A model generated the notes under the pieces. That model searched no databases and had not been told where the DNA came from. It saw only the letters and a program-made list of their open reading frames with translations. The translations under genes and the position numbers were made by a program. From a virus (lineage: Duplodnaviria; Caudoviricetes): 56,193 bases of DNA. Shown here one piece after another: positions 28,952-36,614 of this stretch. The DNA is taken from IMG/VR virus record IMGVR_UViG_3300033141_000787, positions 1 through 56,193 of that record; one strand, 5' to 3'. Every line of letters starts with the position of its first letter. Positions within the stretch are counted from its first letter, which is position 1.

Positions 28952-29989
28952 TTACTTGACATAAATCTGATGCACACCTGTCTTACCGAGTGTCTTTTCT
29001 ATGAATATCAAGGTCTGTGATGGTTCTCTATATAGAGCCTTTATCTGTTTAATAGCGAATAGGTTATGACCTATTAAGCTGCCGTTGGTAATCCATATAT
29101 CACCATCATAGTGCTGATGATAATGGCCGAATATGTCCAAGAATGCAGGTATGCTTCTATTCCATGCTGTTACTGCCTTGTTTGCAGGTATAAAGATACC
29201 GCCAGTACCACCTCTATATCTTATACCGTCACCGTGGTGCATACGTATAGTTCTACCGTATACATCTATATAGCCATGATAACCATTTTCAACTTGGATA
29301 TTAACCTCTTTGGTATCTTTATAGTGCTGCTTAATATGTTGATACAATAACCATTCATAACTATGTTTATAACCGAGCTTAACCCTGGCCTGGGCAGTAG
29401 TCCTACCGTGATTGCCAAATAGACAGATAACATGTATCTTTTTGAAGCCGCCATTATTGAGCAAGAAATCAATACCACCTATAATACGTTCAGTTACCCA
29501 CAATGAGGCTTCGGTTGGTGACATGAAGTTGCTCTCAGCAAAGTCCTCATGAATGTAACCATTAATCATATCACCAAGTATCCCTATTACAAGGTTATCT
29601 ATCTTAGTGTCCTTACGCCATATACTTATTAGCTTGACAGCTCTATTGAACAGTTTTGATATTCTGCTATCTGCAATGTCGAGGTTATATTCATTAAGAT
29701 TATTTACAGTAGTCGGCTCTACCCGTTCTTCTACATGCCAGTCACTCAATATCAATAATGGTGTAGTCTCTGATTTACTGTTACCACGTGACGGCTTAAT
29801 CTTAATGGGCTTTGCCTTGCCAAGAGTTAGTATAGCTGCCAGTCTGTCTTCGGAGCTTTCATATTGATGCTTCCAATACTTAATACTTAGTCTCTGCTCC
29901 CTTATTAGTGTCTGCAAGGTTAGTATATTATCCTCAAGACGTATTATTTTTTCTTGCTCTGGTGTTATTGTTAACTTGTTTTTATCCAT
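28952..29989 (-). CDS. Calcineurin-like metallophosphoesterase with N-terminal coiled coil
   Basis: SDWH, GDMING, GNHGR, HHGD, GHYH motifs. Confidence 0.88.
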   Translation of the reverse strand: MDKNKLTITPEQEKIIRLEDNILTLQTLIREQRLSIKYWKHQYESSEDRLAAILTLGKAKPIKIKPSRGNSKSETTPLLILSDWHVEERVEPTTVNNLNEYNLDIADSRISKLFNRAVKLISIWRKDTKIDNLVIGILGDMINGYIHEDFAESNFMSPTEASLWVTERIIGGIDFLLNNGGFKKIHVICLFGNHGRTTAQARVKLGYKHSYEWLLYQHIKQHYKDTKEVNIQVENGYHGYIDVYGRTIRMHHGDGIRYRGGTGGIFIPANKAVTAWNRSIPAFLDIFGHYHQHYDGDIWITNGSLIGHNLFAIKQIKALYREPSQTLIFIEKTLGKTGVHQIYVK

Positions 29990-30167
29990 GCCCTGTTACC
30001 TCCAAATCAAGTTATTTAATAGACCTATCGTCTTTAAACTTAATATCCTTTTCAATTCAATAATGTAACTAACTCCGCCTTAATAATAAAGTTGGAGATA
30101 GTTACCTTGTTTTACTCTTTATCCTATTTCCATATATCATCTATATTGTACCCAGTATACATACAGT

Positions 30168-30470
30168 CTAAATACGCTTGTCTTTTATTTCCTTAATAAC
30201 TTTCGGGTCACCGAATACTCTATATTTAGTACACTTATACGTATAGTCATCTCCTATACGTCTTGCAAGCTCATCTGACTTAAAGTTAAATCCATATTGT
30301 TTTAGCTCAACTACTGTAAATACTTCGTCAGTATGCTCACTAAGGAATTTCTTTAATAAGTTAATACTTGTGCTCTCTAACCTTGATACTTTCATGGCTT
30401 TACCTCCTATTTTTACACTATTCAGCCAACACAATATAATCTTCATAAATATAAGTAAAAGGCGGCTCAC
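30168..30470 (-). CDS. Hypothetical protein (probable start at MKVSR)
   Basis: AGGAGG precedes the internal Met; upstream of the phosphoesterase. Confidence 0.55.
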   Translation of the reverse strand: MSRLLLIFMKIILCWLNSVKIGGKAMKVSRLESTSINLLKKFLSEHTDEVFTVVELKQYGFNFKSDELARRIGDDYTYKCTKYRVFGDPKVIKEIKDKRI

Positions 30471-30675
30471 CGTTATGATAACAGCCTGGAAGGTCGGTAG
30501 TTACCCCATATTCGTATGTATCTTTCTCGCTTGTACCACTTGCCCTGATTACAGATATTGTAGCTTCAATTTCATTTTTAAATTTAAGCCCCGTTTTGTC
30601 ATCTTTTGTTATTATTTCGATCTTAACAACCTGTCCTATCTTATATTTAGGTTGGTGCTCTAATCTATAATTCAT
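30418..30675 (-). CDS. Hypothetical SH3-like protein
   Basis: PKYKIGQVV motif; AAGGAG RBS. Confidence 0.6.
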   Translation of the reverse strand: MNYRLEHQPKYKIGQVVKIEIITKDDKTGLKFKNEIEATISVIRASGTSEKDTYEYGVTTDLPGCYHNGEPPFTYIYEDYIVLAE

Positions 30676-30691
30676 AACACTCTCCTTCTTA

Positions 30692-30925
30692 CTATAGTTT
30701 TATCTCCTTTAACCAATCATCAAGAGGGCAGTCATTAGGTATAGTATTACTATATACTTTATGCCCAGTTATCTTACAATAAATATGCTTTACATTATTA
30801 GTTGCGAATGCACCCCCTATGTATGTCATAGTTTCTTCTCCCTCAACTATCTTATAAGGGCAGTCATTACATGTTCTAACTACTATATATGCTTTCTTCA
30901 TGTTATAGTCCTTTCGCCCTTTCAT
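30692..30925 (-). CDS. Hypothetical Cys-motif protein
   Basis: CNDCPY...C...IPNDCPL. Confidence 0.6.
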   Translation of the reverse strand: MKGRKDYNMKKAYIVVRTCNDCPYKIVEGEETMTYIGGAFATNNVKHIYCKITGHKVYSNTIPNDCPLDDWLKEIKL

Positions 30926-31106
30926 TCTCTGTTCTTATAACTTTTAACCTTTGACCACATTCACGACATCTAAATATCTCAACAGTCCGGCCAATATTAT
31001 CCCCTTCAATTGTTGTCTTACAGGTCGGGCAAGTATATATGGTATATATATGTGATGCTTCTTTATAAATTATTTTTACTGGCTTTGCTTTCTTGGTTAC
31101 CTTCAT
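30903..31106 (-). CDS. Zinc-ribbon protein
   Basis: CPTC...CRECGQ; AAGGAG RBS. Confidence 0.65.
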   Translation of the reverse strand: MKVTKKAKPVKIIYKEASHIYTIYTCPTCKTTIEGDNIGRTVEIFRCRECGQRLKVIRTENERAKGL

Positions 31107-31131
31107 ATTACTTAACTCCTTTCTTTACTAT

Positions 31132-31259
31132 AGGGGCAACGGGCTACTATTTGGGAATTACTATCAATTCCCCAAAGTCATAGGGCTTTTATATTGCGGT
31201 AGCCCGACACACTCGATAGCGGTATGTAGCATAACCGTCAATTTTTACACGTTGCCCCT
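31132..31259 (-). ncRNA. Structured element A (multibranch, closed by an acceptor-like stem)
   Basis: AGGGGCAACG/CGTTGCCCCT outer stem; GGGCTAC/GTAGCCC and TTTGGGAATT/AATTCCCCAAA inner stems. Confidence 0.6.
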
Positions 31260-31513
31260 GTTTCTGTTATTATCAACTCAACAACATCAAGTTTATCCAT
31301 AATCCTATTTATCCAACTCCTTAGGTTTGTTTTGCCACTTATAACTTTTGCGTTTTCTTCCGTGCCAGTTAAAACTATTCCTGAAGTTCCTTTGTTTGAA
31401 GAATAAAATCCCGTTGTCGGCAATATCTGAGTATTAAATTCCTCGCCTTCTCCGGCAAAATATAAACCATTAATTTTTATTATGTATTTCTTCATTTTAT
31501 TCACCGCCATCAT
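31238..31513 (-). CDS. Hypothetical protein flanked by 14-bp direct repeats
   Basis: TATAGGGGCAACGG at 31129 and 31527. Confidence 0.6.
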   Translation of the reverse strand: MMAVNKMKKYIIKINGLYFAGEGEEFNTQILPTTGFYSSNKGTSGIVLTGTEENAKVISGKTNLRSWINRIMDKLDVVELIITETGATCKN

Positions 31514-31526
31514 TGTTCTTCTTTGT

Positions 31527-31558
31527 TATAGGGGCAACGGCAAAGACTCGAATTTTGC
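31527..31558 (-). repeat. tRNA-like 3' fragment B (T-arm plus acceptor 3' strand)
   Basis: - strand GCAAAA-TTCGAGT-CTTTGC-CGTTGCCCCTATA parallels the 3' end of element C. Confidence 0.65.
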
Positions 31559-31599
31559 AAAACAAGTATTCGCAATTAAGAGAAATATAATCATTCGCT

Positions 31600-31893
31600 T
31601 CATTTCTCTTCCCCCTTCCTATTAAACCACATTATAAAAATTATACAACATGCCGCATGCGCCAAATGTGGTAATCCAGATTCATTATCTTTTATTTCAC
31701 CGGATTGATACGCTTTTATATGTCTCATCATTGCAGCAAAATATCTGTTCTCCGCATTCGGAACATGTTGCCATTGATTGGGAGCATATTTTATTGCGCC
31801 AAAACTTAATACTTTTACAATCTCCTCCACCTGTTCAAGTGGGAGCAAATCCCACCTCGGTTTACCATTATCGCTTTTTCGTCCCTTTTTCAT
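31600..31893 (-). CDS. dATP/dGTP diphosphohydrolase domain protein (DUF5664-like)
   Basis: GRKSDNGKPRWDLLP, FGAIKY..NQW, RYFAAMMRH, DNESGLPHLAHA. Confidence 0.85.
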   Translation of the reverse strand: MKKGRKSDNGKPRWDLLPLEQVEEIVKVLSFGAIKYAPNQWQHVPNAENRYFAAMMRHIKAYQSGEIKDNESGLPHLAHAACCIIFIMWFNRKGEEK

Positions 31894-32019
31894 ATTTCTC
31901 TCCTATCTTAATTGCTCATAACTGCTCAATTAATTCTTTTCCCATTTCTATTAGTCTCTCCTTTTATTTTTTTTTTTATAAACCAACTAATTCCACCAAA
32001 TAATATTAGTTGGAAATAG

Positions 32020-32271
32020 TTACCCCATTATCCTGAATCTAACCACATTCTTAATTATCAACTCTCTACCATCTTCTAATAAAATAGAAGCATCTGTTTT
32101 ACCATGCCCACAACAACTTGCTTCTGTTTTGATGTTCGCAGCATTCAAAGCAGCAACTATATCTGCAATACAGAAATCAATATATCGTACTCGCCCGTTA
32201 ATCGGCATAGGGGTTTGACATTTATAAGTTCCAACGCCCGAACATTTTTTAAGTCTTATATTCTCTGACAT
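32020..32271 (-). CDS. Hypothetical protein with D.CIADIV.ALN...T.ASCCGH motif
   Basis: GAGGAG RBS directly after an attC-like site. Confidence 0.65.
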   Translation of the reverse strand: MSENIRLKKCSGVGTYKCQTPMPINGRVRYIDFCIADIVAALNAANIKTEASCCGHGKTDASILLEDGRELIIKNVVRFRIMG

Positions 32272-32285
32272 AGATACTCCTCAAA

Positions 32286-32363
32286 AATTATAACAAAACG
32301 TTGCATCCGACTGTGCCACGCTGCGCTTGCACAGTAGGCAAGCTTAATTTTAGCCCGTTAAAT
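32286..32363 (+). mobile_element. attC-like site (degenerate)
   Basis: TAAC-AAAAC-GTTGCATCCGAC-TGTGC..GCACAG-TAGGCAAGCTTAAT...GTTAAAT. Confidence 0.55.
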
Positions 32364-32574
32364 TATCCCTCAACATTATTAATCGTTCTTCCAATTTGCT
32401 GTCGTCCTGTAAAATAAAATCAATAGCATCTAATATTTCACCCCTTAATAACCAATCACCCTTTATGCTTTTCACGCAACCATAGTTGCCAGCGGTATAT
32501 CTACAAGGGGCTAAATCATTCAAGCCGACCGCATCAGCGGCGCAGCTCTTTGTGTCTTCATTGGTTGTAGCCAT
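32350..32574 (-). CDS. Hypothetical protein starting inside an attC-like site
   Basis: The N-terminal AVGLNDL is encoded by the attC arm. Confidence 0.5.
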   Translation of the reverse strand: MATTNEDTKSCAADAVGLNDLAPCRYTAGNYGCVKSIKGDWLLRGEILDAIDFILQDDSKLEERLIMLRDNLTG

Positions 32575-32628
32575 ATCATTTGCCCTTTCATAGTTTACTC
32601 TGGCGGCGGCTTAATTCCGTCGTTATAA
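32509..32628 (+). mobile_element. attC-like site
   Basis: ATT[C]AAGCCG[A]CCGC pairs with GCGGCGGCTTAAT, leaving two extrahelical bases; then TCCGTC-GTTATAA. The R'' box is damaged. Confidence 0.7.
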
Positions 32629-32997
32629 TTTTGGTTCAAAGTAAACACAAGTATCATCTTCTTTTTTATTTACTACAGAATCTGGAATAGCAATACATTT
32701 TCCAGTTGAACCGTTACCACTCCATCCATTAGAACAAAAAACACCATAATCATGTCTGAAATAAATACAATTCTTGCATTTTCTTTCTAATGGCTTTTCG
32801 TGACAAAGCACATCAGGCCAACTTAATATTTTCTTTAAACGATTACCAGCTTCTGCTGCTTCTTTTGCATTTTTTCTTGTTTTACCGTGAGTTGCGATAT
32901 GTTGTTTACCACTCTCATCAACACCAAAAATTACAATATGTGTTAAATTTAAATTTTTACGTATTTCCTTGATTTGCGAGATTTTTATTTTCATCAT
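32623..32997 (-). CDS. Hypothetical Cys-motif protein whose stop codon overlaps the attC core
   Basis: AGGAGG RBS; CKNC...C...C; ends TAA-C. Confidence 0.65.
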   Translation of the reverse strand: MMKIKISQIKEIRKNLNLTHIVIFGVDESGKQHIATHGKTRKNAKEAAEAGNRLKKILSWPDVLCHEKPLERKCKNCIYFRHDYGVFCSNGWSGNGSTGKCIAIPDSVVNKKEDDTCVYFEPKL

Positions 32998-33043
32998 ATC
33001 CTCCTGTTTTAACTGTATTTTTCAATTTCTTTATCAAAGCTGT

Positions 33044-33165
33044 GAGGGCAACGGCAAGGACTTGAACCTTGCATATTAACCTCTCAAACCCGCCGCACGG
33101 GAATAATGATGGAGTCGAACCATCTTGCGGTTTCAAAGTGTCTGCCGTTCCGCCACGCTGCCCCC
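33044..33165 (-). ncRNA. tRNA-like RNA C (non-canonical, no standard anticodon arm)
   Basis: GGGGGCAGCG/CGTTGCCCTC stem, Leu-like D region TGGCGGAACGGCAGAC, T-arm GCAAGG-TTCAAGT-CCTTGC, extra T-loop hairpin GATGG-TTCGACT-CCATC. Confidence 0.65.
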
Positions 33166-33167
33166 AA

Positions 33168-33722
33168 TTACTTACCCAAACGTCCTTTTAACCATTTCAA
33201 ATTTCTCAGTGCAGCATTGTACGCTGTGATGTAACTATTAAAATTTTCTGGCATGCTATCATCCTGCGCATCAATCGCACATAGTATCTTAAAATTTTCT
33301 ACAGCAAAACTTGGTGATGGTATTATAAATGTTTTCACTACGATGTCAGTATCGCCTATCATTTGTATCCAACTCCTGTGAAAAAATACTGGCGTGATAA
33401 TAGGTAATGTATCAGTTTGGCCATTCGGTATTATCATGGTGATATGTTCCGTATCATTTGGCATTCCTGATTCCAGATGGAAACCAAGTTTTTTAATGAC
33501 AGTCCCATCCTTACTTTCTACAGGCTGTACTGCCTGTTCTTCCATTATCAGTATACCATAGTCAGGTATTATTTTGTGTGGTCTGTATTTGTGGTATTGG
33601 TATATTGCATGAAAGCCAACATTCCCGGATAATTTAATTACCAATCGCTTCTTTGCTAACAGATACTTACCATATGTATGGAGGATGATTGGTGATATTT
33701 TCTCTTCAATCCTCAAGCACAT
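33168..33722 (-). CDS. Hypothetical protein
   Basis: AAGGAGG RBS; MCL start and GFH motif seen in phage small proteins. Confidence 0.6.
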   Translation of the reverse strand: MCLRIEEKISPIILHTYGKYLLAKKRLVIKLSGNVGFHAIYQYHKYRPHKIIPDYGILIMEEQAVQPVESKDGTVIKKLGFHLESGMPNDTEHITMIIPNGQTDTLPIITPVFFHRSWIQMIGDTDIVVKTFIIPSPSFAVENFKILCAIDAQDDSMPENFNSYITAYNAALRNLKWLKGRLGK

Positions 33723-33780
33723 TTTGTTCCTCCTTATTATTATTAAGCCTGATTAATCTTTCTTAGTTGGAAGAAGACAC

Positions 33781-33978
33781 TCAATGTTTAGCTTTATCTA
33801 TTTTAACTGTATAAATCCAAAATCTTGAAAGCCCATTAAGGTTTGTCTTCATTTCAATATTAATTATTTTCTCGTTATCCCCAACAAGTTCAGTAATTGT
33901 CTTGTTGAGAATTTTGTCTATAGTATTAAGGTCACATTCTAACCAGCTTTCGCTCCTAATAATGTTTACTTCTTGCAT
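33781..33978 (-). CDS. Hypothetical protein
   Basis: GAGGAG RBS. Confidence 0.6.
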   Translation of the reverse strand: MQEVNIIRSESWLECDLNTIDKILNKTITELVGDNEKIINIEMKTNLNGLSRFWIYTVKIDKAKH

Positions 33979-34014
33979 TATTATCTCCTCTTTTTAATTC
34001 CTGCCCCCGAATAA

Positions 34015-34188
34015 TTATTCTTCTAAGATATTTCTAACTATTTTGGCTAATGCTGCTATAGCTGCTCCTTGGTTGCCAAAATATTCAGCAACAGTCTTGC
34101 CGTTAAATGGTTTCCCATCAAAGGCTTTTGCATCAGCTTCCATGTCAGCTTCTATCATTTTCAAAATCTCTATTTTGCTTCTTGTCAT
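34015..34188 (-). CDS. Small protein (57 aa, not in the ORF track) flanked by 13-bp direct repeats
   Basis: AAGGAGG RBS; MTRSKIEILKMIEADMEADAKAFDGKPFNGKTVAEYFGNQGAAIAALAKIVRNILEE. Confidence 0.7.
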   Translation of the reverse strand: MTRSKIEILKMIEADMEADAKAFDGKPFNGKTVAEYFGNQGAAIAALAKIVRNILEE

Positions 34189-34210
34189 TCTAACCCTCCT
34201 TTATAATTAC

Positions 34211-34350
34211 TATTCCTGCCCCCGCTCTTGACGCTTGGCATTCGGCTTTTTACATCTTTGCTGATGGTTAATCAACCACGGAGGATTAATGCCCCTAATA
34301 TAGATAAGGAGGCAACTCATATAAAAAGAACGTCAGGGCAGGAATAATTA
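34211..34350 (-). ncRNA. Structured intergenic element D
   Basis: TATTCCTGCCC/GGGCAGGAATA outer stem, with TGACG/CGTCA inside. Confidence 0.55.
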
Positions 34351-34506
34351 CATATATCGATACCCTATATTGTAATAGTTTACTAAAGCAAGCTGCTGCA
34401 TAACGAATATAGCGTCTCGTATGGATAGTTTAGATACTTGTAGCATTAGATTTACAGTAAGTAGCTGTTCTGGTGTGATAGGTATGTATATATGTTCTTT
34501 CATCAT
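34348..34506 (-). CDS. Small protein (52 aa, not in the ORF track)
   Basis: GGAGAG RBS directly after a sigma70 promoter. Confidence 0.5.
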   Translation of the reverse strand: MMKEHIYIPITPEQLLTVNLMLQVSKLSIRDAIFVMQQLALVNYYNIGYRYM

Positions 34507-34520
34507 TGCTCTCCATGCGT

Positions 34521-34549
34521 AATATAATGAGTTATATTGTTAATGTCAA
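34521..34549 (-). promoter_or_regulatory. sigma70-type promoter at the head of the accessory island
   Basis: - strand TTGACA-17 bp-TATATT. Confidence 0.7.
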
Positions 34550-34707
34550 GTACTTTATACAATATTCTCACGTAGTAATTTCATGACACGTATACACTCT
34601 TTCGTATTATCCTCTTATCTTGCTTGGTTATTGCTTTAATACTTTTCATAATGCTCTCCTTTTAGTCTGTACTTATTAATTAATTACTTTACAATACTGC
34701 TTAGCAA

Positions 34708-35103
34708 TCATAAGGTTGCTATAAAGTCTCTCCACTTGTGAAGCATTTGTATTCTTTCATTACGTACCTTAGTAATATTATCGTCATCCCCAAGTATTAA
34801 GGTATGGAAGTCTATTGACTTAGAAGTTTTAGTTGCTAACCACATATTACATGTAGTTTCTTCAAGTATATACCATAAACAATGATAACATCTAATAACA
34901 TAACTCGGAACATTTTGTAATGGTGGAGTCAGTGTACACTCTTTATCCCGTATTAGTTTATCGGCATGACATATTGGGCAATGCCTATTATAAGATTGCT
35001 TTTCATATATTGAAAGCTGTGAATTAATGGCATCCAAGTATATATGTTTATACTGCCTTAATACCCTACGCTTATGTTTGCTAAGTTCGTTTATATTTTT
35101 CAT
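34708..35103 (-). CDS. Cys-rich protein, paralog of 37025-37504
   Basis: CxxC...CxxCLW..E.TTC..WL...RI.ML..W. Confidence 0.65.
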   Translation of the reverse strand: MKNINELSKHKRRVLRQYKHIYLDAINSQLSIYEKQSYNRHCPICHADKLIRDKECTLTPPLQNVPSYVIRCYHCLWYILEETTCNMWLATKTSKSIDFHTLILGDDDNITKVRNERIQMLHKWRDFIATL

Positions 35104-35130
35104 AAGATTTACTCACCTCCTTTACTAAAA

Positions 35131-36480
35131 TTATTCATCTGCCAGTTCACTAAGTACTATCTTGCTGGCTATACCTATACCACGCCAGAATCGTTCTTTA
35201 CTACTCCTGGCTTGTGTAATTCCTTGTCTTGCCATTATGAACTTACCAAAACTTCTTTTATCAATAGGCTTTTCCATATTATGTCTACACCATTCAAGAT
35301 ACTTCTCGTACAGCAATTTAATCGGCACGGTAGCCTCTGGATGTATAAAGCATGTGTCTTGCAGGAATGGTCCAATAATATCCATCTCCTCTTGATACTC
35401 TCTGGTAGCTAAGGCTATCTCTTCTGGGGTATCTAAGCCTTCAGATTGCCATATTAAACAGCCTTCAACAGCCCATCTTAATATACCTTCAAGCTCATTA
35501 TGCAGTAGTTCTTTCATATTAGGTACTTTCTTACGACCTTTAAACGTAGCATCAAATGGTATTAGTACCATTCTTCTCCATATACCATAGTCAATCCCCT
35601 CAATAATAGGTCTATGATTAGTACTAAGCCAGACCTTCCAAGTCGGCCTAAACTCAATATTTTCTGAGTATAAATATCTGGCAGTTATCATATCATCTCC
35701 GGTTATCTGTTTAATCATAGTCTCATCAAGTTTGCCTTTACCAGATGTTTCAACCGCACTCACAAACCTGCTTCCTTGTAGTCTGGCAATATCATTACGT
35801 ATAGCCCCTCCAGACTGAATCATTAATGTTTTTGGATTAGACGCCTTACTGTAAGTGCCTAATAAATCCCTTATAGTCTCTATAAAGGTTGACTTACCAT
35901 TAGCCCCAGAGCCGTACATAATAAACATTACTTGCTCTGAGACTGACGCAGTTAAGGTATAACCTATTGCTTTCTGAAGGAAGTGTACAAGATTTTTACG
36001 GCTACACATTATATCGTCCAGAAACCTTAACCAGGTAGGACACTGTGCCCTTGTATTATACTTTATAGGTATCAAGTTAGTGGAATAATCTTCTACATTA
36101 TGAGGCTTAATTGTACCTGTAGCCAAGTCAATAACCCCATTAAGTACATTCAGTTTCATCTTACTGTCTACATTGAAATCAGTAATATGACGTACTATCT
36201 TGCTATCCATCTTGGCAAGGGACAGCATAGCATCTATAGCCTGTTTTGACTCACTATGATATGCCCACTTACGAGCTTCTGGGCTATTAGCTGTACTATG
36301 TAATCTGTCTATTACTTCCTTTACCACTACTTTAAGAGTTCCAGTATCTTTTACCCATTGTTTACCATCATAACTATACCATGTACCGCTTTTACCCATA
36401 TCAGGACAGTATAATAATCTGTCTTTGCATAAATCGGCAAATAGTTGAGCATTACCAAGGTCAGTAAGATTATACTTCAT
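35131..36480 (-). CDS. D5/P4-type SF3 replicative helicase (D5_N plus ATPase; no primase domain)
   Basis: TDLGNA, LNGVIDL, GSGANGKST, TGDDMITARYLY, TNHRP, GIWRR. Confidence 0.92.
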   Translation of the reverse strand: MKYNLTDLGNAQLFADLCKDRLLYCPDMGKSGTWYSYDGKQWVKDTGTLKVVVKEVIDRLHSTANSPEARKWAYHSESKQAIDAMLSLAKMDSKIVRHITDFNVDSKMKLNVLNGVIDLATGTIKPHNVEDYSTNLIPIKYNTRAQCPTWLRFLDDIMCSRKNLVHFLQKAIGYTLTASVSEQVMFIMYGSGANGKSTFIETIRDLLGTYSKASNPKTLMIQSGGAIRNDIARLQGSRFVSAVETSGKGKLDETMIKQITGDDMITARYLYSENIEFRPTWKVWLSTNHRPIIEGIDYGIWRRMVLIPFDATFKGRKKVPNMKELLHNELEGILRWAVEGCLIWQSEGLDTPEEIALATREYQEEMDIIGPFLQDTCFIHPEATVPIKLLYEKYLEWCRHNMEKPIDKRSFGKFIMARQGITQARSSKERFWRGIGIASKIVLSELADE

Positions 36481-36595
36481 TTGATGCTACCTCCGATATG
36501 AATTTAATTTTACGGCCTGCATATATGCTAGCTGTTCCATTACGGTGTATAGTGTACCAATCTTCCATATCTACTTTACATAATAATTTACACAT
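36470..36595 (-). pseudogene. Internally deleted paralog of 36615-37022 (41 aa)
   Basis: MCKL...ASIYAGRKIKFISEV matches only the two ends of its neighbour (MCNL...SEVYAGRHIKILTEV). Confidence 0.55.
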
Positions 36596-36614
36596 AGTTA
36601 TCACCTCTTTCTTA

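Noticed and set aside
31600-31893. Z-base (2-aminoadenine) genome
   Set aside because: No PurZ-like gene recognised.
33044-33165. Canonical tRNA or tmRNA
   Set aside because: No standard 7-nt anticodon loop at the expected position; too short for tmRNA and no tag ORF.
34043-34231. + strand ORF from the track
   Set aside because: The real gene is the - strand 34015-34188 ORF, which has a strong RBS.
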